Shown: piece by piece, positions 1 through 7,885 of the stretch
Layout: every line of letters starts with the position of its first letter
How positions within the stretch are numbered: position 1 is the stretch's first letter
From: Nitrososphaerota archaeon
GTDB taxonomy: Archaea; Thermoproteota; EX4484-205; JAAOZP01
Direction: 5' to 3'
Length of the DNA: 64,000 nucleotides
NCBI GenBank assembly: GCA_011605725.1
Contig: JAAOZP010000017.1
Coordinates: 128,001 to 192,000 of the forward strand
The notes under the pieces: generated by a model
Told to the model about the DNA's origin: nothing
Database searches by the model: none
The model's input: the letters and a program-made list of their open reading frames with translations, nothing else
Position numbers and translations under genes: made by a program

Positions 1-784
1 GCGGTTTCGTGAAGCCTGGCCCAGGCGCTATCTCGCTATACACACCTTCATCTGAAAAATCCTGCTCCAACTCATTGAAACATGTTTCCAGCATCGAGTC
101 TGAAGATAAACCCTTAACCTTCTCGCTTAAAACTTCCCGAATCCTCCTTATGCTTCTCCCTCTTGCTACGGAAGCAAGCCCAGGATCTAGGCTGTGAAGA
201 ATATCAATCATTATCTTCGCCCTTAGGTAGCTGATGTCACTGTCCTTTGAAAGACCTATGACCATCCTTTCCCCGTCGACAAGCTTCAGCAGAAGAGTCA
301 GCTCCTTAACGTAGCTTTCAAAAACCCTTGAAACAGCTTTTAAGCGGTCCCTATTGTGGAGAAAAGTCAGGTAGAGGCTTCCGTCGAAAATGCCGAGGAC
401 CCTTCCATGCGACTGGAAGGCTTTTTCCAAAGCCCGCCTCAGCGTCCTAAGCTCTAGAGCCCTTAAAAACAGCTCTCTACCCTGAAGCCTATAGCCTGCT
501 TCCACCCCTGCCTCCAGCAGGCTGACCGGCTCTCTCCCCCTCGAGTAAATATGCGCCACGGATCTAGCTACCCAGACAACCAAGCCTCCGGAGAAGCTGG
601 ATTCACTGATGCTTCCATCGCAAGCCGCTACAGCTCCATCCGGCTCACATGCTTCATCATATGGACACCATTTTGAAAGATAGGAAGCCTTGAAGGGCGA
701 CGAGTAGAAGCCCGGTGGGCTCAGCCTGCCTACTGATTCACGCAGCCCGCTTAGGAACATCTGGAAGAACTGCTCCTCAGCCAT
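1..784 (-). CDS. nurA: NurA-family DNA double-strand break repair nuclease (3' end runs off the window start)
   Basis: Not in the ORF track. My translation from ATG 784 gives MAEEQFFQMFLSG...VAACDGSISE...RALELR...GIFDGSLY...VIGLSKDSD, matching the NurA DGS / E / DGSL / GxSKxS motifs. The frame is open to position 1. Confidence 0.8.
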   Translation of the reverse strand, partial: MAEEQFFQMFLSGLRESVGRLSPPGFYSSPFKASYLSKWCPYDEACEPDGAVAACDGSISESSFSGGLVVWVARSVAHIYSRGREPVSLLEAGVEAGYRLQGRELFLRALELRTLRRALEKAFQSHGRVLGIFDGSLYLTFLHNRDRLKAVSRVFESYVKELTLLLKLVDGERMVIGLSKDSDISYLRAKIMIDILHSLDPGLASVARGRSIRRIREVLSEKVKGLSSDSMLETCFNELEQDFSDEGVYSEIAPGPGFTKP

Positions 785-856
785 CTGCTTGAAAACCGGC
801 TCTAAGCCCTTATTATCCTTTCTATGCTGCCTTAACGGAAATAGTTTAAAGAATCT

Positions 857-3160
857 TTACTCTACTCGAACACTGCTGAAGAAGACTGTTCTAAAGCCTA
901 TGGTTCTAGCTTCACCCGTAACCTTGAAACTGCCTCTAAGCCTTATGTCCTCTGAAGAAGCGCCGATAAAGACTTCGAATACACCTGGCTCAACCACCAG
1001 CCTCATATGCTCATCGTAGAAGGCGAGCTGCTCAGTGTAGAGCGTGAACTCAACCATCCTAGTCTCCCCTGGCTCAAGACTCAGCCTTTTGAAACCCTTA
1101 AGCTCCATCACCGGCCTAGTGACGCTTGCCACAGGATCCCTCACGTAAAGCTGAACAACCTCGTCGCCCTTCAAGCCACCAGTATTCCTAAGTTTAAAAC
1201 GTATTTTAACACTGCCTGTGGAACTGGCTTCCTGGGGCTCGATCTCGAGAGAACTGTATTCGAAGACCGTGTAGCTTAAACCATGGCCGAATGGGAACGC
1301 TGGCTTAGCATCCATCCCGACGTAGCTCCTGAACGATGAAGGCTTCCTGTTATAGTTCAGCGGAATCTGGCCAGCGTCCTTCGGGAAAGAAACTGGAAGC
1401 CTTCCACCCGGATTATAGTATCCGAAGAGGACGTCTGCAACAGCGTTACCTCCCTCTTCACCAGGGTACCATGCTTCAAGTATTGCTGAACAATTTTCAG
1501 CCATCCAGCCTAGGGAAATCGGCCTGCCGTTAACAAGCACAAGTATAACCGGTTTACCGGTTTTGCAGAGCTCCCTCACCAAATCCTCCTGGACCCCGGG
1601 CAGCCCCAGGGAAAACCTGTCACACCCCTCGCCGGAAACCCCTCTTTCAAACATTCCAGACTTTTCACCCATCACTGCTACCACCACATCCGACTCCAAG
1701 GCTGCTTTAACAGCTTCGCTAAACTCTTCTCTCGACCCCCCGGTGATGTCGCAGCCCTTAGCGTATTTCACCAATATTTTTCCTGAAGCCCTGCTCCTGA
1801 TGCCCTCAAGTATGCTGACCGTCCTAACCGCACCCTCCTTGAAAACCTCGTCGTAGCCAGGCGGCGGGTTAGCCATATCCATGTGAGCCGTGAAACTATA
1901 GTCCCCGTGTAGGTTCCTCTTGCTGTCGGCATTCGGACCTATGACTGCTATCGACTTAACTGTCTCCCGGATCGGGAGGACCCCGTTGTTCTTCAGGAGG
2001 ACGATCGACTCCCTCGCAGCCCTAAGGGCGAGAGCCCTATCCTCATCCCTGTCAAACTGGCTTTTAGCCTCCTCAGGGTTGACGTACGGGTTTTCGAAAA
2101 GGCCTAGTAGAAACTTGGCTCTTAAAACCCTTGAAACCGCCAGGTCTATAAGACCTTCAGAAACCCTGCCCTCTCTAACAGCCTGCAGCAGTGGCTCCCC
2201 GTAGCAGTCTACATGGGGAAGCTCAATATCAATCCCGGCTTGAAACGCCTGGACCGCAGCATCCTTAGCGTCCTTAGCAGTGTTGTGAAAGTTTTCAAGC
2301 ATCCTGATGGCGAAATAGTCTGAGACGACAAACCCTTGGAACCCCCATTCACCCCTGAGAATATCTGTGAGAAGCATTCTGGAGGAGGCGCAGGGAACCC
2401 CGTCTATCTCGTGGTAAGCGTTCATAACCGATAGGACCCCGGCAACCTTAACCGCGGCCTCAAAGGGAAACAGGAAAACCTCTCTCAGCTCCCTAGGGCC
2501 TGCGTGAACCGGGGCACAGTTCCTCCCGCCTTCTGGAAAACCGTGGGCTGCGAAATGCTTGACGGTTGCTATGACACCGTTCCTCAAATCCTCTCCCTGG
2601 AGGCCCTTAACGTAGGCAACCCCCATGCTTGCAACCAGGTATGGGTCCTCGCCATAGGTCTCCTCCGTCCTGCCCCATCTCGGGTCTCTCAGAACATCCA
2701 GAACAGGTGCAAGCCCCTGATGGGCTCCGGAAGCCCTAACCTGCCTCCTTATCACTGAAGCGACTTTTTCAACAAGCTCCGGATTCCACGTGCTTGCTAA
2801 GCCTATCGCCTGAGGGAACACTGTAGCCCCCATCGCTAGGAAGCCTGTTAAACACTCCTCGTGGACGATAGCAGGCACGTGAAGCCTAGTCTTCTCAACC
2901 AGGAACCTCTGGATCTCGTTGGCAATTCTAGCACCATCCCCGGGATTAACCCCTAGGGCTCCTGATAAGCGTGTTAACTCCCCTATGCCTTTTTTAAGCT
3001 CCTCCAGCTTTTCACGCGGCATAGCTGCCACTCCGAAAACCCTTGGCCAGACTGACTGGAGTTGAGCAAGCTTCTCCTCCAGCGTCATCCTTTTCAAAAG
3101 ATCCCTAACCCTGAGCTCAACAGGTGCTGATGAGTCAAGGTAAACAGGCTTATCCTCCAT
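857..3160 (-). CDS. GH3 beta-glucosidase/beta-xylosidase with C-terminal Fn3-like domain, no signal peptide (cytoplasmic)
   Basis: Motifs HEECLTG, RDPRWGRTEETYGEDP, KHFAAHG, VVSDY nucleophile, FGHGLSYT and DEVVQLY. Confidence 0.95.
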   Translation of the reverse strand: MEDKPVYLDSSAPVELRVRDLLKRMTLEEKLAQLQSVWPRVFGVAAMPREKLEELKKGIGELTRLSGALGVNPGDGARIANEIQRFLVEKTRLHVPAIVHEECLTGFLAMGATVFPQAIGLASTWNPELVEKVASVIRRQVRASGAHQGLAPVLDVLRDPRWGRTEETYGEDPYLVASMGVAYVKGLQGEDLRNGVIATVKHFAAHGFPEGGRNCAPVHAGPRELREVFLFPFEAAVKVAGVLSVMNAYHEIDGVPCASSRMLLTDILRGEWGFQGFVVSDYFAIRMLENFHNTAKDAKDAAVQAFQAGIDIELPHVDCYGEPLLQAVREGRVSEGLIDLAVSRVLRAKFLLGLFENPYVNPEEAKSQFDRDEDRALALRAARESIVLLKNNGVLPIRETVKSIAVIGPNADSKRNLHGDYSFTAHMDMANPPPGYDEVFKEGAVRTVSILEGIRSRASGKILVKYAKGCDITGGSREEFSEAVKAALESDVVVAVMGEKSGMFERGVSGEGCDRFSLGLPGVQEDLVRELCKTGKPVILVLVNGRPISLGWMAENCSAILEAWYPGEEGGNAVADVLFGYYNPGGRLPVSFPKDAGQIPLNYNRKPSSFRSYVGMDAKPAFPFGHGLSYTVFEYSSLEIEPQEASSTGSVKIRFKLRNTGGLKGDEVVQLYVRDPVASVTRPVMELKGFKRLSLEPGETRMVEFTLYTEQLAFYDEHMRLVVEPGVFEVFIGASSEDIRLRGSFKVTGEARTIGFRTVFFSSVRVE

Positions 3161-3302
3161 CTTTACTCACAAATTAAGCCACTCTTCTTCAATATTTATG
3201 TTTTCAAGCCGTCGCCACCGCTTAAAGCAAAGAGTTGCGGCTTCAAATCGTTAGAATTAAAATTATTTAAGGCTGAGAAAGCGATTATTGAAAGAGGGAA
3301 CA

Positions 3303-3420
3303 ACGGCTAGAAGACTGACGGTCCCGGATATTGATAAATGCGTCGGATGCCAGCTCTACATGTTCAAGAAGGTTCGGAGAGGCATGGTTCTCCAGGTCAG
3401 CCATAAGCGTTCAATCAGAC
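3303..3420 (+). pseudogene. 5' remnant of a 4Fe-4S dicluster (ferredoxin-like) gene
   Basis: Reads (ACG)ARRLTVPDIDKCVGCQLYMF, then frameshifts into CSRRFGEAWFSRSAISVQS, a broken CxxCxxCxxxC motif. GAGGGA RBS-like and TTATTTAA TATA-like sequences lie upstream. It is truncated next to the stop of the convergent hydrolase. Confidence 0.7.
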
Positions 3421-3423
3421 TTC

Positions 3424-4860
3424 TTACGGGCTACGCGTCATCCCACCCACATGCATGATCTCAGCCTTGAGATTGACGGAAGTAGCCCTCGTAACCAGAA
3501 TCACCCATGGCTCGTCATTTATGTTCACAAGGCCGAAATTACTGTTCTCACCATCGAACCTGCCCTGAGCAGGCTGGTCTGAATACTGAAACCAATGGTA
3601 GCCAACCACATATGGCTCGGAAAGAAGTTTTGCAACGTATTTCTCAAAACGCTCCGCCCTATCTTCCTGTGTCGCTAAAGGTGTTCCAGCACCCTTAGTG
3701 TTCGGCAGCCCCGAATCCCTTGCCTTAAAAGAAAACTCGGTGATAATGACTGGCAGACCAGTTAGACGGTTTATAGCCCTAAGGTCCTCTATGGGAGGCT
3801 CCCAACCATAGTTGTTTATCGAAACCACGTCAGTATAACCGACACATCCCTTTAAAACTTCATCCGGAGGCCTGAATGCGAACCTGCATCCCAAAATAAG
3901 GTGGTTCGGGTCATGTCTTCTTATCGCGTCATGACAAACCTTAAAATACCTTTTCGAAACGACCTCTAGGAAGCCAAGCCTATCCGAATCCAATGAGGCT
4001 CCGCCGGGAGGCTCGTAAACATTCAGGATATCCTCGAAAGAGTTGAAGCCCGTTCCCCATTTAGCGTTAAGCTCCCCTATGTTGCCGTACTTCTCCCTTA
4101 GATACTGGACTAGGGCTTTCTTACCCGGCGCATCTTTTTCAAGGGCAATATAGTCGTCGAAAAGATGCTTAGTAGACCTCCAGTCAGGCCCCCACCTCAA
4201 CTCATTATCTGTGAAGTAGCCTAAGAGATACGGGTCGTCCCTTCTTGAAGCACATATTTCCCCCGCCGCCTCATCAGCCACCTCCTCGAACCTTTTCGAG
4301 AAATAGTCCACAACCTTTCCGCTTAACCATTCTGACCCGGCTTTCGCAGCAATGTCAAGTATTATCGTGTATGGGATTTTAAGCCTGTAGAGCTCGCTGC
4401 TAGACCAGGCGCCTATAGTGTTGAAGCCATAGCTGCGAAGCCTCTCAACAGTGGCTTCAGCCCAAGACTCAGCATGCCCGTATTTCCCTAGAACAACCCT
4501 GTTGTACGGACTGTATCCTAGAGAGGGAGAGTAATCCCCGTCGAAGCTAACATGATTCACCCCTTTAGATATGAAGCCGTTTCCCTCAGGATCTATAATC
4601 CACCAGACGCCGTTAATCTTCTCAACGTGGAAGAAGCCTGTAGCTGTACCTTTAACACGCAACGTCCCACCGTAAGAATCATAGAAGAGGATTGATATAA
4701 GGCTTGCCAGGCTTTTAAAGCTTTCACTGTGTTCAGCGAGCTGACGGTTAAGCTCCCTGACTGATTGCATTGAAACGGATAGGTTGTAGAGTGAAAACGC
4801 TAGGATTATCAGCATGATTACGAGGAGCAGGCGCATCATCTTAAAACTCGACGTCATCAA
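3424..4860 (-). CDS. Exported/membrane-anchored clan GH-A glycoside hydrolase, agarase-like (GH50/GH42-related)
   Basis: Hydrophobic N-terminal segment, then TGFFHVEKINGVWWIIDPEG, GFNTIGAWS, GYFTDNE (acid/base), ITEF (nucleophile), VGYHWFQY and DGENSNFG. Exact start (4860/4857/4839) uncertain. Confidence 0.8.
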   Translation of the reverse strand: MMTSSFKMMRLLLVIMLIILAFSLYNLSVSMQSVRELNRQLAEHSESFKSLASLISILFYDSYGGTLRVKGTATGFFHVEKINGVWWIIDPEGNGFISKGVNHVSFDGDYSPSLGYSPYNRVVLGKYGHAESWAEATVERLRSYGFNTIGAWSSSELYRLKIPYTIILDIAAKAGSEWLSGKVVDYFSKRFEEVADEAAGEICASRRDDPYLLGYFTDNELRWGPDWRSTKHLFDDYIALEKDAPGKKALVQYLREKYGNIGELNAKWGTGFNSFEDILNVYEPPGGASLDSDRLGFLEVVSKRYFKVCHDAIRRHDPNHLILGCRFAFRPPDEVLKGCVGYTDVVSINNYGWEPPIEDLRAINRLTGLPVIITEFSFKARDSGLPNTKGAGTPLATQEDRAERFEKYVAKLLSEPYVVGYHWFQYSDQPAQGRFDGENSNFGLVNINDEPWVILVTRATSVNLKAEIMHVGGMTRSP

Positions 4861-4930
4861 ACGGTCTTACGCCGCCGTTTTTAAAAACTTTCCGTCAGAC
4901 TTAACCAACTAATACGTGAAAAGGATTGTG

Positions 4931-4946
4931 AAAAAGATAAAAAAAA
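4931..4946 (-). terminator. Oligo-T archaeal terminator after the 699-aa membrane protein
   Basis: T8-ATC-T5 on the minus strand, 6 nt after the stop codon. Confidence 0.55.
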
Positions 4947-4952
4947 TGGTTT

Positions 4953-7052
4953 TTACGGTTTGAACAGGGTTTGCATCTTCGGGAATACTACTCCAAGGTT
5001 CAGCAGCGCAGCGGGCAGCCACATGGCGCCGAAGCCCAGGATCCATCCTGCTACGATAGGCATAGCATACTCCTCATACCTCTTTATTCCAATAGTCCTG
5101 ATCACGACGAATTTTATTATTAACGCGATCAGCGAGGTGAGCCACATGTATGTCGGTATAGTCATGGATATGTAGAGCGCTGGAACGCTTATGAACCAGA
5201 AGAACGGAACCTTAAGCTTCAATATGTAGAGCACGAGCGCCAAAAGTATCCCAAGGCCATAGCATATTCCAAGAGAGTATTCTACTGTCAGCTCCGCCGG
5301 CCCAGCCCACCTGCCTCTATGGTAGTAGCCTGCAGCCATCCAGGGCCACCATGTGAACACACGGTCACTCAGCTGGTTGACACCGCCCTGCGTGTTGAAG
5401 ATGAAATAGGTGTCCAGCGGAACAAACACGAAAAGCAGCACAACCATGCCGATGATCAAAGCTATCAGGAAGTCCCTCATCCGCATCTTGAGCTCGTAGG
5501 CAAGCTTGTAAAGCGTTACTTGGAACCCGCCGGACAATGGGCCGAAGGAAACGTTCCAGTGGCCAGCGTTCGCCATATGCCTAGCTATCGTGAACCAGGC
5601 TGGGTCAGTCATAGGCGTGTCCCAAGTTACGGCGGTGGGCGCAGGCCACCCTCTTAGGGCTGACCCAACTACGTAAGTCGGGTCCCAGGCGGCGGGGCCA
5701 GCACCCCAGCCTGTTCCAACGTGCCAGAACACCTCCGCGTATACCCTAGCGTAGGTCACGTGGAAGACGAGTGCCCATAGTGGCACCAGGAGGGCGATCA
5801 ACGGGTCTGCTCCTTCAATCAGCATTAACGCGTACCATCCGAACGCGCCTATAAGTAGTAGCAATGGGATTGTTCTCATGGATAGACCCCTCTCCTCCCC
5901 TCCCTTCCACAGGGATGAGAAGACGCTTGCAAACCTCTTCCTCTGAGTGTAGAGGCACCATATCGCTATTCCAAGGCCCACGCCGGTTGAAGCAACATAC
6001 CTGTATGGGAAGGGCATCCATACTCCCGGGTATGATTCCCAAGGCCAAACGTACTCCATTCCAGCCTGGTATGCGACTATGCCCATGCTTACGCCTATGC
6101 CCTGGTAGAGCACGCCGAAGATGATCCAGCCGAGTATCAGGGTTATCAGAGCATCGTTAGGCATAACCAGTCCCACGGCTATCTGAGGTATGAAGAATAT
6201 TGCTGAAGCATATATCCCGGGCCAGAGCGCGGCGAGGAAAGGCAGGTTCACATTCTGCTCACCCCACCATGCGGACGCTGGGAACTCCGGCCAGAGCTCA
6301 GCTATCAAGGGCTGTATTCCGCTTATCATGCCTATTACGAACATGCCCCAGAAAATCTTTGAAGTTGGAACCTTGAAGTTGAAGAGCCTAGACTTGTTGG
6401 TAGTGGGATCAATCTCACCCGCTTCCCTGAACAGGTAGAGAGATGGAACAGCCAGCGGGAAGATTAGCCTCTCCTCCTCAACCCAGACCTTGCCGAATAC
6501 GAATGTCACGAAAATGCTTATGAAAGCGTAGAACATGTAGACTAGGCCCCAGTATATTATTGCGTTCATTATGTAGCCCCATGGAACAGTTTGCCCAGGA
6601 GCCTTACCGTTCATCAGCATCGTAGCAATCTCGAAGCGTACCGGCTCAGGAGCAATTACGACTGCTGGAACAGCCTTGCTCCAGTAGTCTCTCAAGGCGT
6701 CGATCGAGAACGCTTCGTAATCGCTTAGGGCACCGTACACGGGCATGCTTAAAGGATTATTATGGGCTGCGGCATGCATCGTAAGGTAGGAGTGCATCCC
6801 TAGGAATGAGATGACTGAGAATACGAAAACCAGCTCCTGCGGCGTCAGCCTCATCTTAGGATTGGCTCTCCCTAGGAGTTCAAATATCACGACTAAGTAC
6901 ACCATAGGTAGGATGAAGGTACCGAAAGTAGACGTCTTATCAGTATATAGGCCTACTACAACCGACATGTATGCGAAGAATATTGCGAGGGGGATGGAGA
7001 TGGCGAGTGATTTTGCTGTTAAACCTGTTCTCAGCTCTACTTCAGTAGCCAT
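4953..7052 (-). CDS. OPT-superfamily-like polytopic membrane protein (DUF6785-like), putative transporter subunit
   Basis: Hydrophobic throughout with many TM segments. Motifs TGLT, LTPQEL and EEERLIFPL are shared with 12521..14434. GGTGA RBS upstream. Confidence 0.7.
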   Translation of the reverse strand: MATEVELRTGLTAKSLAISIPLAIFFAYMSVVVGLYTDKTSTFGTFILPMVYLVVIFELLGRANPKMRLTPQELVFVFSVISFLGMHSYLTMHAAAHNNPLSMPVYGALSDYEAFSIDALRDYWSKAVPAVVIAPEPVRFEIATMLMNGKAPGQTVPWGYIMNAIIYWGLVYMFYAFISIFVTFVFGKVWVEEERLIFPLAVPSLYLFREAGEIDPTTNKSRLFNFKVPTSKIFWGMFVIGMISGIQPLIAELWPEFPASAWWGEQNVNLPFLAALWPGIYASAIFFIPQIAVGLVMPNDALITLILGWIIFGVLYQGIGVSMGIVAYQAGMEYVWPWESYPGVWMPFPYRYVASTGVGLGIAIWCLYTQRKRFASVFSSLWKGGEERGLSMRTIPLLLLIGAFGWYALMLIEGADPLIALLVPLWALVFHVTYARVYAEVFWHVGTGWGAGPAAWDPTYVVGSALRGWPAPTAVTWDTPMTDPAWFTIARHMANAGHWNVSFGPLSGGFQVTLYKLAYELKMRMRDFLIALIIGMVVLLFVFVPLDTYFIFNTQGGVNQLSDRVFTWWPWMAAGYYHRGRWAGPAELTVEYSLGICYGLGILLALVLYILKLKVPFFWFISVPALYISMTIPTYMWLTSLIALIIKFVVIRTIGIKRYEEYAMPIVAGWILGFGAMWLPAALLNLGVVFPKMQTLFKP

Positions 7053-7080
7053 AAGGTTTTCACCTTCGTTTAGTTATACA

Positions 7081-7155
7081 TTTGCAAAATTTAAACTTTA
7101 CGCATGTAAACTTTGTTCCATAGAGCCAGACTTTAAAAATGGGTTTGCAAACCCA
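7081..7155. promoter_or_regulatory. Divergent promoter with TTTGCAAA-core palindromes
   Basis: TTTGCAAA at 7081-7088 and a perfect 16-bp palindrome TGGGTTTGCAAACCCA at 7140-7155. Each lies directly downstream of a TTTAAA TATA-like box for one of the two divergent genes. Confidence 0.55.
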
Positions 7156-7198
7156 CGGATGAATATGCAACCCCTTCCACTCCCGAAGTTAGATTTAT

Positions 7199-7885
7199 TT
7201 GGCGAAAATTCAATGGCATAGGGTAATGTCGTGGGTTCAAAGCGTGAAGAGGGCTCTTGAAAAGTATGAAGTGTCTTTTGAGGAAACAGGCAGGGGAAAC
7301 CTTGTTGTAAAGCCCGTTGAAAACCCGCAGATAAAGCTGATTATCCTCGTGAGAAGGATGCAGTTCAGCTTTGAAAGGAAGTTTGAAATCACCGGTGTGC
7401 TTGAAATCCCTGAAGAAAGGCTTGAGAAACATGATAAGCGTCAGCTTTTAAGAAGGATGCTTTCAGAGTCTGTGGAACTGGAGTTGAAAGGCGTTTTGAG
7501 AAGAAGCGTGAAGGCCAGCAAGTGGAGTGGACTCGCATCACTAACCGGGATAAACATGCCCGAGGAGGAGGGTATTATGCGAGTCATCGGGACCAAGGAT
7601 TTTGAGGAACTGGTTAAGAGGGGGGGAGGCGACTTGATAGAAATCTTTCCATCCATCATACCGGTCGAACTGTTCGAAACATACTTGATGGCTTCAGACA
7701 GAGGGCTGATAACCAGCAGCCTTGTTAAAAAATACTTGGAGGATCCTCAATCCATATCTTGGATCGTGAGGATGCACATGCTGTATGGCCTCCAGTCTCC
7801 GGGAGTGGTTCAGAAAGCATTCCTCACCGTTGTCAACTTGCTTAAGAAAATAGAGGAGTATACTTACACTACGCTTTTGCCATAG
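7199..7885 (+). CDS. Hypothetical soluble protein embedded in the transporter locus
   Basis: 228-aa ORF (TTG start) with protein-like composition. Its 3' end overlaps the convergent 1517-aa gene by 17 nt. No recognisable motif. Confidence 0.65.
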   Translation: MAKIQWHRVMSWVQSVKRALEKYEVSFEETGRGNLVVKPVENPQIKLIILVRRMQFSFERKFEITGVLEIPEERLEKHDKRQLLRRMLSESVELELKGVLRRSVKASKWSGLASLTGINMPEEEGIMRVIGTKDFEELVKRGGGDLIEIFPSIIPVELFETYLMASDRGLITSSLVKKYLEDPQSISWIVRMHMLYGLQSPGVVQKAFLTVVNLLKKIEEYTYTTLLP

